Source of the DNA: Mobula hypostoma
Lineage: Eukaryota
Direction of reading: 5' to 3'
Length of the DNA: 64,000 nt
Assembly: GCF_963921235.1 (NCBI RefSeq)
Contig: NC_086097.1
Span: forward strand, 67,954,001 to 68,018,000
Shown: piece by piece, positions 12,563-24,352 of the stretch
How the letters are laid out: every line of letters begins with the position of its first letter
Numbering within the stretch: position 1 is the first letter of the stretch
Program-made: the position numbers and the translations under genes
Notes under the pieces: model-generated
Databases searched by the model: none
Told to the model about the DNA's origin: nothing
Seen by the model: only the letters and a program-made list of their open reading frames with translations

Positions 12563-13424
12563 GTGAGTTGTGATCTAGACTAGCAATGGATCAAGATTTT
12601 TTTTTTAAATCAGTATCAGAGGGAGCATTTGTACTGCAACTATACCACAAACACCAAATATTTATTAGTCATTTTGCTGGAATGGCTTCTCGTGGCCCTT
12701 TTAAAAATTATTGGTTAGAGGCTTACATGAATGTTTACCCCACCCAAATTATAATTGGTGCACTACACCTGGCAAAGATTCCTGATTGGCACAAGTTATC
12801 TTCCATTCAGAACAAATGTTAGTGTTATTTGCCCTTTTACAGAGCAATCCAAAAGTTGCAAGTAACAGTGATAGATGTCAGTGAGGCAGTAAAGGTGTCA
12901 TTTTCCCCTACATTGATATTCAGGTAATTATCCCCATAAGATCATAATTTCCAAAACAGAAACTGATAACTTTGAAACTCCTGACGTGTGTGAATGAAAC
13001 TGCAAAGGGATACCATGCTAGAAAATATGCAAATATTTCTCTGAAATCAAAGACGATATTAGGAAGGAACCTAGAAATTGGATTTTATAGTGTTCACTAT
13101 TTTTAGGCACTACTTGCACAAAATTCAATTTTGTTGAGACTAGGTCACACCAGTGAACACATGTACATGCCATCACACCAATGTAAAACAGGCAAGCATT
13201 TTCATGGGCAAACCACTCCTTGTGCATCTCTGTGACCTTATTATGCTACTATTTGTGTAAATCACATTTCTGTATGTGCTGTCATAAATTAGAGCTCAAA
13301 ACTGTGAACTACAAATGTCATGGTGCAGTTAGCATAAAAACTGGGACATACTGCATACATTTGTTGCTTTTCCTGTTATTAATCTGACATTGTTGTGATT
13401 AGAAAAAAACTGACAGAACTGTAC

Positions 13425-14578
13425 AGCCAGAACACATTCATCAGGTTGTCGTTCATTGACTACAGCTTAGCATTGAACACCATCCCTCCACGATTTATCA
13501 AACTCCAAGACTGAGCCTCTGCACCTCCCTCTGCAGTTGGACTGAGACCCCACAGTCAATGCAGATCAGAAGCGTAATTTCCTCCTCACTGACTATCAGC
13601 AGAATTGCACCACTGGGCTGCATGCTTAACACTACACTTCCCCCCCCCCCCCACCCCTAACAAATCCCACCAACTCTGCTCTTTCTATGATTGTGTGGTT
13701 AAACATAGCTCCAACACCACATACAAATTCGCCAATGATAGCACTGATGTTGGCAGAATCATGGATGGTAAAGGGACAGTATAGAGTCATCGGACAGATC
13801 AGCTGTTTGTGTGGCTCATAACAAACATACCCAAATATCAGTAAATCCAAGGAAATGATTGTGAATTGTAGAAAGAGGAAGTCGGTTGAAAACACAACAG
13901 TCCTCATTAAAGGGTTTGCGGTGGAAATACTGAGTAACTTTGTGCTCCCAGGTGTCAACATTTTGTTGGATCTATCCTGTGCTCAACACACAGATACAAC
14001 TCAGGAATAAAGTGTGCTAGCATCTCTACTTTCTTAGAAGTTATAAGGAGAGTCAGCATAGGTTTTGAAAAACTTCTACAAATGTGCAATGGAAGGCATT
14101 CTGACTGGTGTCATCACAACCTGGAATGGAAACTCCAATTGCAAGAGGCCAGTCCCATCACAGGTAGAGCTCTCCCTACAATCAATGACATCTAGAAGCA
14201 GCAATGTCTCAGGAAGGTTGCATCCATCATCAGGGACTCCCCATAATCTGGGCCATGCCCTCTTCTTGATCTGGCCATCAGGGGGGTTGATACAGGAGCC
14301 TGAAGACCGACGGCCATTATATTCTTGAATCTTGAATCTTGAATCTAACACTACCTCAGACTATATTTCTTTTTGGCTTTGTCAATCTTGCACTAGTGTT
14401 ATGTTTACTTTGCTACTTAGCTTTGCACACATATAAATTATGTATAATTTCTGTTAACTTATCTTTGTCACGTTTATAATGTTCCAAGCTGCCGCATTTG
14501 CAAAAAGCTCATTTTCATGGCATTTATACCCTGTGTATGAAAACCTATGAAAACAAATGTTAAACTTGAACTTGAATT
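13425..14578 (+). mobile_element. Rex1/Babar-type LINE, 5'-truncated, decayed
   Basis: Begins with an 'NTFIRL.FIDYS.A.NTI'-like sequence. ORF 14065-14328 reads NFYKCA.EGILTG.ITTW.GN. The element ends in an aaacttgaacttgaa tail. Confidence 0.8.
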
Positions 14579-15859
14579 TGCATCTTCAGAATTTGCTGCA
14601 GGTTATACAAACACATTCTAAAGTCTAGAATGTGGTTAAACTACAGGGAATTTCTTCTTCAATATGTAGTTGATGAACACCCAAACAATAGGTGCCTCAG
14701 CATTAAAAGTACTGGCAGTACTACATTACTGAAGGATGATGTGACCTGCAGGTCATTATTTGGATCAAGGACATTAGGGCATTAGGGATAGATATGCCAG
14801 TCAAGAACTTCTTTCAGGGCGCCTTCAGGGGCACACTGCTACCTAGACCTCCCTGAACAATACATTCACAGGCTCAGATCTCCCAAGGTCATCTTCATTA
14901 CACTATAGGACATTCTGCAGGATGACCTTTGGTCACACTCCCATGCCTTCAGCCCTTTCATAGTGGAGATCAACTTCCTCCCTACAGGATGTTTCAAAGG
15001 CCACAGCAGATCTCCATTAGATCTACTTTCTGCTACTTGCTGCTGTATTAGAAAGGTCATCTATTTAATGTATGCACACAGAAATGATTTTATTCATTTG
15101 CCATCAGCAGAGAACATGATTGTTAACTTTCCATAAGTGCAGACAATTATTATACTCATTCCCAATAGGGCTCTCAAAAGAATCCTGCCTTTTGTATCAA
15201 CAGGAAAAGTTTTTAGTTGTATAAAGCACAAGTTCTATGAATTATTGGAAGTACTTCATGACAAATGCTATGTTTCCAGAAAGTACACAATTTCTTCACT
15301 TTGAAGACTGCACTGCCAGACATTTTCAGCTGTTGTATTGATGAGGTGCTGGATGTTTGTAACAAGGCTAACCCTCCTCTTCCATGCTGGTTGCACACAG
15401 ATACAACAAGAGCTGGGCAAGTTCACGAATATTAGCAGAAAATATTAAATCCTCAGGTTGTGATTTTGCTGCCTGCATGCATGTGGGATGTCCTGCAGTA
15501 TTTGCCAAACAGATGCAGGGAAACATGCTGCAAGTTGTCCACCTGATTCCAGAGGAGGAACAGCAAGAAACCTTGAGACTGAAGTCCATGAAGGAGGAGC
15601 CATACAGGAACAAAAGGACCAGAAGAAAGGCAGTGACCTTCAGCTGGTGCCCCTGTTCACCATCCACTGCCAGTTTTCCCAGCTGAGTGGAGGAGGGAAG
15701 AAATAATGGCATCGGCTACAAGAGATTTACTATCACAAAATGTCAATCCTAAACTGGCAACACAATTATAGCCCCCATGTCTGTGTCACTGATCCTGTAA
15801 ATGATGAGAAGCTCAGGATATATTGAGGGAAATGTATGATGGAAATATGAAGGTTGTTT

Positions 15860-16385
15860 AACGAGCACTTGCATGGGGCTCCACATAGGTTTGTCCCATT
15901 GAGACAGCGAACTATGGTTGACAAGAGATGTAGAATGTCTGGTGAAGATGAAGAAAGAAGTTTACTTAAGCTCTAGGAAGCAAGATCAGACTATGCATTA
16001 GAGAGTTACAAGGTAGCCAGGAAGGAGCTAAGTATTGACTTAGGAGAGCTAGAAGGGCAGATGAGAAGGCCTTGGCAAATAGGATTAAGAAAAACTCCAA
16101 GGCATTCTACACATGTGAAAAGCAGGAGGATAACTAAAGAGAGGGTAGGACCAAGCAGGGACATAGAGGAACCATGTGCCTGGAGCTGGAGGAGGTAGGC
16201 GAGCTCCTTAAAGAATTTTTTGCTTCAATCTTCCCCAATGAGAGGGCCGATGAATGTGAGAACAACATAGACAGGCTAACATGCTGGAACATGTCAAGGT
16301 TCAAAAAGACGATGTGTTGGAATGTTGGAAAAACATCCAGGGATAGATGGGATATATTCCATGTTACTATGGGAAGCGAAGGAAT
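15860..16385 (+). mobile_element. CR1 ORF2 linker fragment
   Basis: Contains 'RIKKNSKAFY' and ORF 16174 'LEEVGELLKEFFASIF', homologous to ORF 34228-34551. Confidence 0.8.
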
Positions 16386-18691
16386 CATTTCTGGTTTAAT
16401 GACATTGTTAACAAAATAACGAGAATTATGTTAAGTATTTCTGAAAATAAGCATGACTTTTCAATGGCAAGTTATAAAGTTTAATTACTCTTTAAAAAAC
16501 TTTTATTACCGCCATGTAACTTACAGATTGCACAATAATCCATATAACTTAATTTTTATGCAATAATAAGCTAATTTGCTGGTCCAGCTTTTGCAATGAA
16601 ATATCAAAAAGACTAAATGTGCTCACTACTACAAAAGCACTTTGTAGCATCTGCATTTGCATGCTTAAACATGGAAATCTTGAAGTTGCTGCTCAGGAAA
16701 GCCACAACTTCACAAGAAATATATCAATAAAATCAAAGCACATACAGGAACCTGTAATACATGCCCATTATCTTCCCACTTAAGATGCCAAGAAATGTTT
16801 GTCCTGGTGCATTCAGGAGCAGATTAACTTTGAACAGCACAGTAAGTAATAAGTACTATCAAATAGCCTTCCTGACCTGAAAATATTTTTTTTTGCTTCT
16901 ATTTTCTTTTATCTCCATTTTTAATCCCAGCTATCTTTCCAAGTCGTTCATTTGCTCTCTACTTTTGACATAAATCTAGTTGAGGCTTTTTGCTTTTAAA
17001 CATCCTAGTTTTGGCTCTGTAGTTCAGCTTTGTCAAACTGATTGATTGAGCACTCTTTTGGTTTCTTGGCCTTCTCAGACACATCACAGATCTCTTACAG
17101 AAGTTGTCCACTAGATCTGAGGCTGCCAACCAGAAGTCTCTGATTATAAACCAGAGAATTCTTGTAAGCAGGTGTGAAGGGGGTGAATAGCAAAAGACAG
17201 TCCTCTCGTTGTGCAGCAAATAAATTTCAGGATGAAGAGCCAGACATAGAAAAGAGGGGAAAAATAAATAGATTGCAGGAGAAATGTTATTTGAATACAT
17301 AAATATTGAGGACTAACAATTAACAACAGGAGGCAAAAAAACAGTGAGAGCAATTTAAATTTCAAATTTTTTTGTTTGATAGTAATAATATATACCACAC
17401 TGCTGAGCTAAATGAGGAAACATAATTTTCCAAAAGGTATTCTCACTGCATTTTTACGTCTAATTTCCAGCAATAGGTTTTAACTGATCAATGTTTAAAT
17501 ATGTAAAATGAGAAGAAAAACTCTACTATAAGATTGATAGCTTTTGATATACTCATTTGTGAAGAATTACATGAAAAGCCATCCACAGTTACATCTCCAG
17601 TATACAATTGGCAGGGGTCAAATTATTGCTAACTGCCATTGTTGGAAATGATCAATGACCAGTATTTGTGTAGAAATGCAGGACTTGTAGTATGCTGCCA
17701 AGGTCTGGTTTATTATCTGAGGAATTGTGTAGAGAATCAAACACTATCCATTAATTAGAGAACCCACGAACTGTTGATCTTCAGAGACAGTTATCCTGGC
17801 ATCATCAAAGGAGGTATTCCAAAGCAGGTATGTTTGGTTACCAACAATTAGAATCACCTTCCTGGCTTAAAATTTCATTAGTTCCATAACTATGAACTCA
17901 ATTTTGCATTTTGATCTTCTTTCAAATAGTCAAGAAATGTAGCCCAGCCAGCCTATGATAGAGAGGAAGAGGGCGAATAAGTAACTCCACCATAATTTAA
18001 CATTCACCTGCCACCAGCTCAGGTACTCTAAGTTATGTACAATGTTGAGTTCATTTAGTGGTAAGGTATTGAGCAATGCTGTCCTTTGGCACCTCCCTTG
18101 GGGACAGATTTGTCCAGAAATGCTTCTGTTGAGGAATGAAGCAGGCTGGATGACCAATGGCTTCATAGAATGAAATGTTAAGTACACTTGCAGATATTAT
18201 GTGCGATGTTGAGGAACACTAAAGAATCCTATACCAATCTTGCAGAGCATCCTTTCCAATCTGGAGGTGATGAGCAACTCCTCTAGCACACCGGAGGCAA
18301 TGGTAAGGCAATATCTGGTAGCTGTACCTCTGCTTCTACTGCAGCTGAGACAGTAAGATCCAATGTCTCCTGTTACAATGTAAGCTATCTTGCTGTCCTG
18401 CAAGATCAGGGTACTTCCATATTGGTTATACTGTTTAAAGGGTGTTATAGTAGCCCATTCAGGTTCTCAACAGAATACTATGACAGTTGCCATTTTAGGG
18501 AAGTGGGTTGCTCCTTAACTGTACCCTTCCATCCTTTCCAGAATGGGAATACTTCTGAACCACTCACAATCCATCTTCCAGTGCTCATCAGCTACCAAGT
18601 TCATTGAACTGATATCCATGACAAAAAGGTATGGTGTAAAGCTTGGTATTGCAGGCTACAGCTGCTCTGGGTCAGCCTTCTCTGTTTGCAG

Positions 18692-18808
18692 ATTGCTGCA
18701 TTAAAAGTAAACAGTCTTCAGCCTTCTATCAGCAAGCTGAAACCACTAAAGTTAAAGACAAATGGAAGGCGCACCTTGAAGCGGACGAAGAGGAAGAGAA
18801 TGAGAGAA
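18692..18808 (+). other. Candidate 117-nt symmetric exon; host gene unknown
   Basis: Reads ccttctctgtttgcag|ATTGCT...ATGAGAGAA|gtaagc. Two frames are open and the interior is GAA-rich, in non-repetitive CpG-retaining context. Confidence 0.35.
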
Positions 18809-19236
18809 GTAAGCAACGCGTAACAGCATGCTGTTAAACATGCCTCTGCTCTGCATCACATCTCACTTGGTATACTGATCTTCAGTAATCTGCCAAATTC
18901 CAACTGAGCCAGACAAATTATTTGGCATCAAGGAAGAGATAAAATTTAAAATATCTGTGCATATAATGGTATTTGATAAGTCAAGCTGGCATGAAACAGA
19001 ATTTTTTCACTATATGTTAACAGTAATCAACAGAAAGAAAATGACAAAATATAATTTAAAAACAAATGCTGATCTCAGTACAGGTGGCATATTATTCCCA
19101 GTTTCTATACTATACTGCTTTTGAGTTTGCATTCTTTGTGACAATGATGGTCACCTCAGAGTGATAAGTATTGTGGAGATTTTATTGGAAAAAAAACATT
19201 TCAAACAGTGAAATAACTATATCTTCAGGTTATTAT

Positions 19237-19394
19237 TGTTGTGTTTGATATTAAGGGATAGTGCTGTGCACACACCAGGAGGCCAGCATGCAGGAAATGT
19301 AACTGAACTTTATTGATAATCTACAGTATGTGAACTTCTCCCATGTGGGAGTGACTGAGTGGCATAGGGATAATCTATTAACTATCATATTACC
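19237..19394 (-). repeat. 3' LTR of the Gypsy element (~158 bp)
   Basis: 'tgttgtgtttgatattaagggatagtgc...actgagtggcataggg.taa.ctattaac' is a direct repeat of 24198-24352. Confidence 0.85.
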
Positions 19395-21309
19395 CATAGC
19401 ATGTAACTTATGCTCCTTACATGAACGTAAAAAAAGAATTGCCAACATTGTAACTGTTGTTCTCTTTGTTTTTAAATGGTCTCTCTCTCTGTCCCTTTGT
19501 TTTCCTCCTTTTTCCCACCAATTCCATTTTTTTTTTAAGAACAGTCTCATTTTGTGAAATGCTTTCAACATTAGAATGTTTTTTTGAAAAACACCAAATC
19601 TAATGAAGGTCGGGGTAGACAACCTGAACACTCTGGCAAAGTGAGAAGGTTATTCTGCCTTTTTAGTCACTTGCCCTAAACTATTAGACTATGGAGTATA
19701 TCTCTGGTGGGACAGATAAACAACCCAGTCTGGTATAGGTTCCTGGAAGTGTTGGAGGGGATGAAGATTCTTGAACGGGTGTGTCTACCTCAGTTAAATG
19801 GCCCTCACCATTTGGATCAGGCCACTCTATTTCTTCCTCTACCTTTTGTGGACATGGAAGGCACAGGAATGCATGCCTGTTCTGTCCGATTTCACCTTGT
19901 GATGTTCTGATCACAAACGACAGAGGTGCATGCTGCTGGACTATTGTTCCCTTGGTGAATTGGTCTGAAACCCAAACAGCTTCTCCACTCCTGAGCAGCG
20001 ACTGTGATCTGTCGGAAATCAAACATGATATCTGTGTCGGAGTCTAAGGTCATGCATGCTCTTAGTTCTCTCACACTGTTATTTTCTCAAAGTTTCCCAC
20101 TTTGTCCAAGTCCGCTAAGTGAGGGTGAAGAAGGAAAGGAAGAACAGCTTGTTCTTCGAGAGACATGTTCAATGTCATAACAGTATCGCATAAACCTCAT
20201 TCTGAATCTGTGCAGACATGGAGGTAAGTCATCCAAGTGTTTCGAGTTGAGGAGGCTGACAAGTGGTTTGTGGTCTGTTTCAAGTGGGAATTTAGTGCCT
20301 ATTAAGTAGCAGCTGAAGTGTTTACAGATTTGGGTATAATGCTGTTTCGTAAGAGCCAGTGCTCTTGATGCATATGCCACCGGTTTCTATGCAACACACA
20401 AAGGTACAGGCACCTGCTGAGACCTTGATTGCTTTGTTCTGATCAAAGAATGTCAATGTTGGCAGAGAGAGGAGCCTTGCTTTAAGTGATTTCTCCTGTG
20501 GTGCACCCCAGATCCAAATGTTTCTCTGAGAGGGGAGATTGCGTAGTGGTTTTGCTTTCCCTGCCAAATCTAGAATGCACTTTCCTGGATGGTTTTCCAT
20601 TTCAGAGAAACTGTGGATCTTTGATACAATCATAGGTTGTTCCATGTCCTGAACTCCTGCCAGGTTGTTTGAATCTGGTTGCCCTCCCTCTGAGGACAGT
20701 TGGTGCCTGAGAACTTCACTTCCTACTTTGTAAATTCCCATTTCTTTTCATTCAGCGTGATTTCAGCCTGTTTCAGTTTCTCCAAAGCAGCTTTCACTCT
20801 TTTGTCATGTTCCTCACTTTAGCCCATGAAGATAAGTCTATCGTCCATGTGATAGACTACTCCTTCCAGTCCCTCCAAAATTTGGTTCATCATCATCTGA
20901 AAGGGTTCTGGAGCTAATGAAATGCCAAAGGAGGGTCTCTTGAAGGTATGGCATTCATATGGTATGATAAAGGTTGTGAGCTTCTGTGACTCAGGAGCGA
21001 AATGTGTTTGCATTTTGGTGAAAAACTTTACTCCACCCAACATACCCAATGTGTGCTCAACACAAGGCAGAATAAGCTTCTCCCGCCTCACTGCATTATT
21101 CAATTTTGATAGATCAACACAGATCCTCACTGTGGCATTTGGCTTGGGAAGAGGAACAATGCTAGCACACCAGTCAGTAGGTCCACTCACTCTAGTTATG
21201 ATGTCAAGCACCTCCATGCTCTCAAGTTCAGCTTTGACTTTGTTCATAAATGGGAACAGTATGTGTCTTGATGTGGTCAGAGAGAGGGGCATCACTCCTG
21301 ACCTTAGTT

Positions 21310-22552
21310 AGAAACATACATAGAAACATAAAAAATAGGTGCAGGAGTAGGCCATTCGGCCCTTCGAGCCTGCACAGCCATTCAGTATGATCATGGCTGA
21401 TCATCCAACTCAGAACCCTGTACCTGCCTTCTCTCCATACCCCCTGATCCCTTTAGCCACAAGGGCCATATCTAACTCCCTCTTAAATATGGCCAATGAA
21501 CTGGCCTCAACTGTTTCCTGTGACAGAGAATTCCACAGATTCACCACTCTCTGTGTGAAGAAGTTTTTCCTCATCTCGGTCCTAAAAGGCTTCCCCTTTA
21601 TCCTTAAATTGTGACCCCTCATTCTGGACTTCCCCAACATCGGGAACAATCTTCCTGCATCTAGCTTGTCCAATCCCTTTAGGATTTTATACGTTCAATA
21701 AGATCCCCCCCTCAATCTTCTAAATTCCAGCGGGTATAAGCCTAGTCAATCCAGTCTTTCATCATACGAAGGTCCTGCCATCCCAGGAATCAATCTGGTG
21801 AACCTTCTTTGTACTCCCTCTACGGCAAGGATGTCTTTCCACAGATTAGGGGACCAAAACTGCACACAATATTCCAAGTGTGGTCTCACCAAGGCCTTGT
21901 ACAACTGCAGTAGAATCTCCCTGCTCCTGTACTCAAATCCTCTTGCTATGAATGCCAGCATACCATTCGCCTTTTTCACCGCCTGCTGTACCTGCATGCC
22001 CACTTTCAATGACTGGTGTACAATGACACCCAGGTCTCGTTGCACCTCCCCTTTTCCTAATCGGCCACGATTCAGATAATAATCTGTTTTCCTGTTCTTG
22101 CCACCAAAGTGGATAACCTCACATTTATCCACATTAAATTGCATCTGCCATGAATTTGCCCACTCACCTAACCTATCCAAGTCACCCTGCATCCTCTTAG
22201 CATCCTCCTCACAGCTAACACTGCTGCCCAGCTTCGTGTCATCCGCAAACTTGGAGATGCTGGATTTAATTCCCTCGTCTTTAATATATATTGTAAACAA
22301 CTGGGGTCCCAGCACTGAGCCTTGCGGTACCCCACTAGTCACTGCCTGCCATTCTGAAAAGGTCCCGTTTATTCCCACTCTTTGCTTCCTGTTTGCCAAC
22401 CAATTCTCTATCCACATCAATACCTTACCCCCAATACCGTGTGCTTTAAGTTTGCACACTAATCTCCTGTGTGGGACCTTGTCAAATATACCACATCCAC
22501 TGGTTCTTCCCTATCCACTCTACTAGTTACATCCTCAACAAATTCTATGAGA
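21310..22552 (-). mobile_element. Young 5'-truncated CR1 inserted in the Gypsy pol
   Basis: A 237-aa open RT fragment at 21746-22459 (SGVPQGSVLGP, KFADDTK, WQMQFN, RPHLEYCVQFWSP), C-terminal ORF 21410-21673, and an (agaaacat)n tail at the left end. Confidence 0.95.
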
Positions 22553-24179
22553 TTCTATGAGTTGGATAAGGTACTCTTCTTTCAGTACTTCCAGTTCTGT
22601 GAACAACTCCAGGTACGTCTCCTGCCACCGAACATTGTTTAGCAAATCCAGCCTTGCAATGAAGTTCATCTTCTCAATGACATGTTGTCCCAGTCATGGT
22701 GAGAAGAGATTCTGAACAACATAGACATCCTCTTTTAACTGTGTTTCATTTTTACAGATGGAAGAAGTAAACATTCCTCTCACACTGAGCTTATGTTTCC
22801 CTGGCCCCATGAGCACTTTCTTTATTGGGTTTAGTGTAATGCCTGCTTTCTTTGCCTGTTTTGTGAACTAACATTTCAGAATGGCTATGACATCTGCCCG
22901 TGTCCATTCTGAATGTCATTGCCTCATTTTGCAAATGAACCATAATACACCAGCCTCATCTATTTGAATCTAAAGCCCCAAGGAAAGCTCTCTCTTCGTC
23001 TGAATCATGGTCTTCTTTGACCTCCTGAGGAACTGCTTTTGAGTTTTGACAATGGCTTTATAATAGGTAAGTCTATTGCATTGGTGACATTGCACTTATG
23101 CTGGACAGAGCTCTTTAACGTGGAATGAAAATTTGCCGCATTTCCTGCAGTTGGACATTTTACCTGCTCTTTGTTTCATTTGTCTGTTTTGTTTGAGCTG
23201 AACTCTACTGCCACCTCTTTCTGTAGTCTTTTTGACTGCAACTTGTTTGTACCCTTCTTTTTATACAGCTTCTAGCTTTACCACAGCATTGTTTTTGTGC
23301 CTGAGTTCTGCCTGTTGCTGACAAACATTCTCACTCTGCCTGAACAGCGTAATAGCTTTCTTTAATGTGGGATTAGCCTGCAACTGAAGTCTCCCTGACA
23401 ATTTGGTGTCTAGTAGCCTGACAACAATCCTGTTTCATTTCTCAGATTTCCATATGCATAGTTCTGATGGGGCATACAAAGCTATGATGAAGTCATTTAC
23501 ACCTTCATTTGGTTCCTGTTTCCTAGAGATGAACTTTGCCCTCTCATATATCACATTTCACTTTCCTGTGAAGTATTCTTTAAATTTGTCTTGCACCGTT
23601 TTGTACTGCTTTTTCTGAGCATCCCTCCATCCTAATCCACCCATGATGTAATCTGCTTTGTTACCCATGCAGTATATCAGTGTGCTTACTTGATGCTGTT
23701 CTGAAACCTGAGTGAGGTTGCTTGCAACCCTAAATCTCTCAAACCATCTGAGCCATCTCTCAAAGTCCTCTGGTTTAGAGAAATCAAATGTCTTGGTCGG
23801 CTTTATTAGGTAAGTAGATGTAGGTACTGCAGGTACTTGTTCTACTTTCCTGTTTGTTTATTTATTATTTTACTTATTTGAACTACAAAAGTCTTTTTTT
23901 TTCCTCCTTGAAAGCTTAACTGATTTCTCTGCCCCAGGCTAGTGGACCATAGATTATTACAACATATCCACTTCCGGAGTCATCTGAAGGCATTGCCTAG
24001 CAACCCTGGCTAGTTCTCAGCTCAGCCTCGTGGTGTATACTCTAGTAACTAACGCTGGCAGTTTAGCTTCATAAAACTTTGAATATTTTACATAGATATA
24101 TACAAACATGAACAGTCTTAGTGTAAATTATTGATTGTTGAGGGTCTAACTTGGTATGTAGCACAAAGTCATCGACGCT

Positions 24180-24197
24180 CAACCACCTCTGACAGCA
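24180..24197 (-). promoter_or_regulatory. Primer-binding site, tRNA-Leu-like
   Basis: Minus-strand TGCTGTCAGAGGTGG directly follows the 5' LTR and matches 13/15 with TGGTGTCAGAAGTGG, the complement of the tRNA-Leu 3' end. Confidence 0.65.
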
Positions 24198-24352
24198 TGT
24201 TGTGTTCAATATTGAGGGATAGTGCAGAGCAGCATGCAGGATATTCAACTGAACTTTACTGACAACCCTGCTTGTACAGTGTGTGAACTCCTCCCATGTG
24301 AGAGTGTCTAACTGAGTGGCATAGGAATAACCTATTAACCACCACCACTACA
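24198..24352 (-). repeat. 5' LTR of the Gypsy element (TG...CA, ~155 bp)
   Basis: Reads tgttgtgttcaatattgagggatagtgc...ccaccactaca and is followed by gttat. Confidence 0.85.

Larger units (their letters stand above)
19237..24352 (-). mobile_element. Gypsy/Ty3 LTR retrotransposon (Mag/K02A2.6-like), decayed; integrase core apparently deleted
   Basis: Paired LTRs with TSD ttat/ttat. Gag 'FDFSKPEDFERWLRWFERFRVAS' at ~23710-23800, Cys-knuckle remnants at ~23070-23160, protease DTGADV-like at ~22890-22910. RT ORF 20819-21295 (WCASIV..PKPN..VRICVDLSKLN, HMDD), RNase H ORF 20087-20380 (AYASRAL, ETDHKPLV), integrase tail ORF 19684-20022. Confidence 0.9.

Noticed and set aside
14700..15750. ORFs 15368-15712, 15384-15686 and 15488-15706 as a gene
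   Set aside because: There is no recognisable domain or splice structure. It is probably a very old LINE remnant that I cannot assign.
17005..17095. Thymosin-like 'QFDKAEL' peptide on the minus strand
   Set aside because: It lacks the LKKTET motif and a start or splice context, so the match is coincidental.
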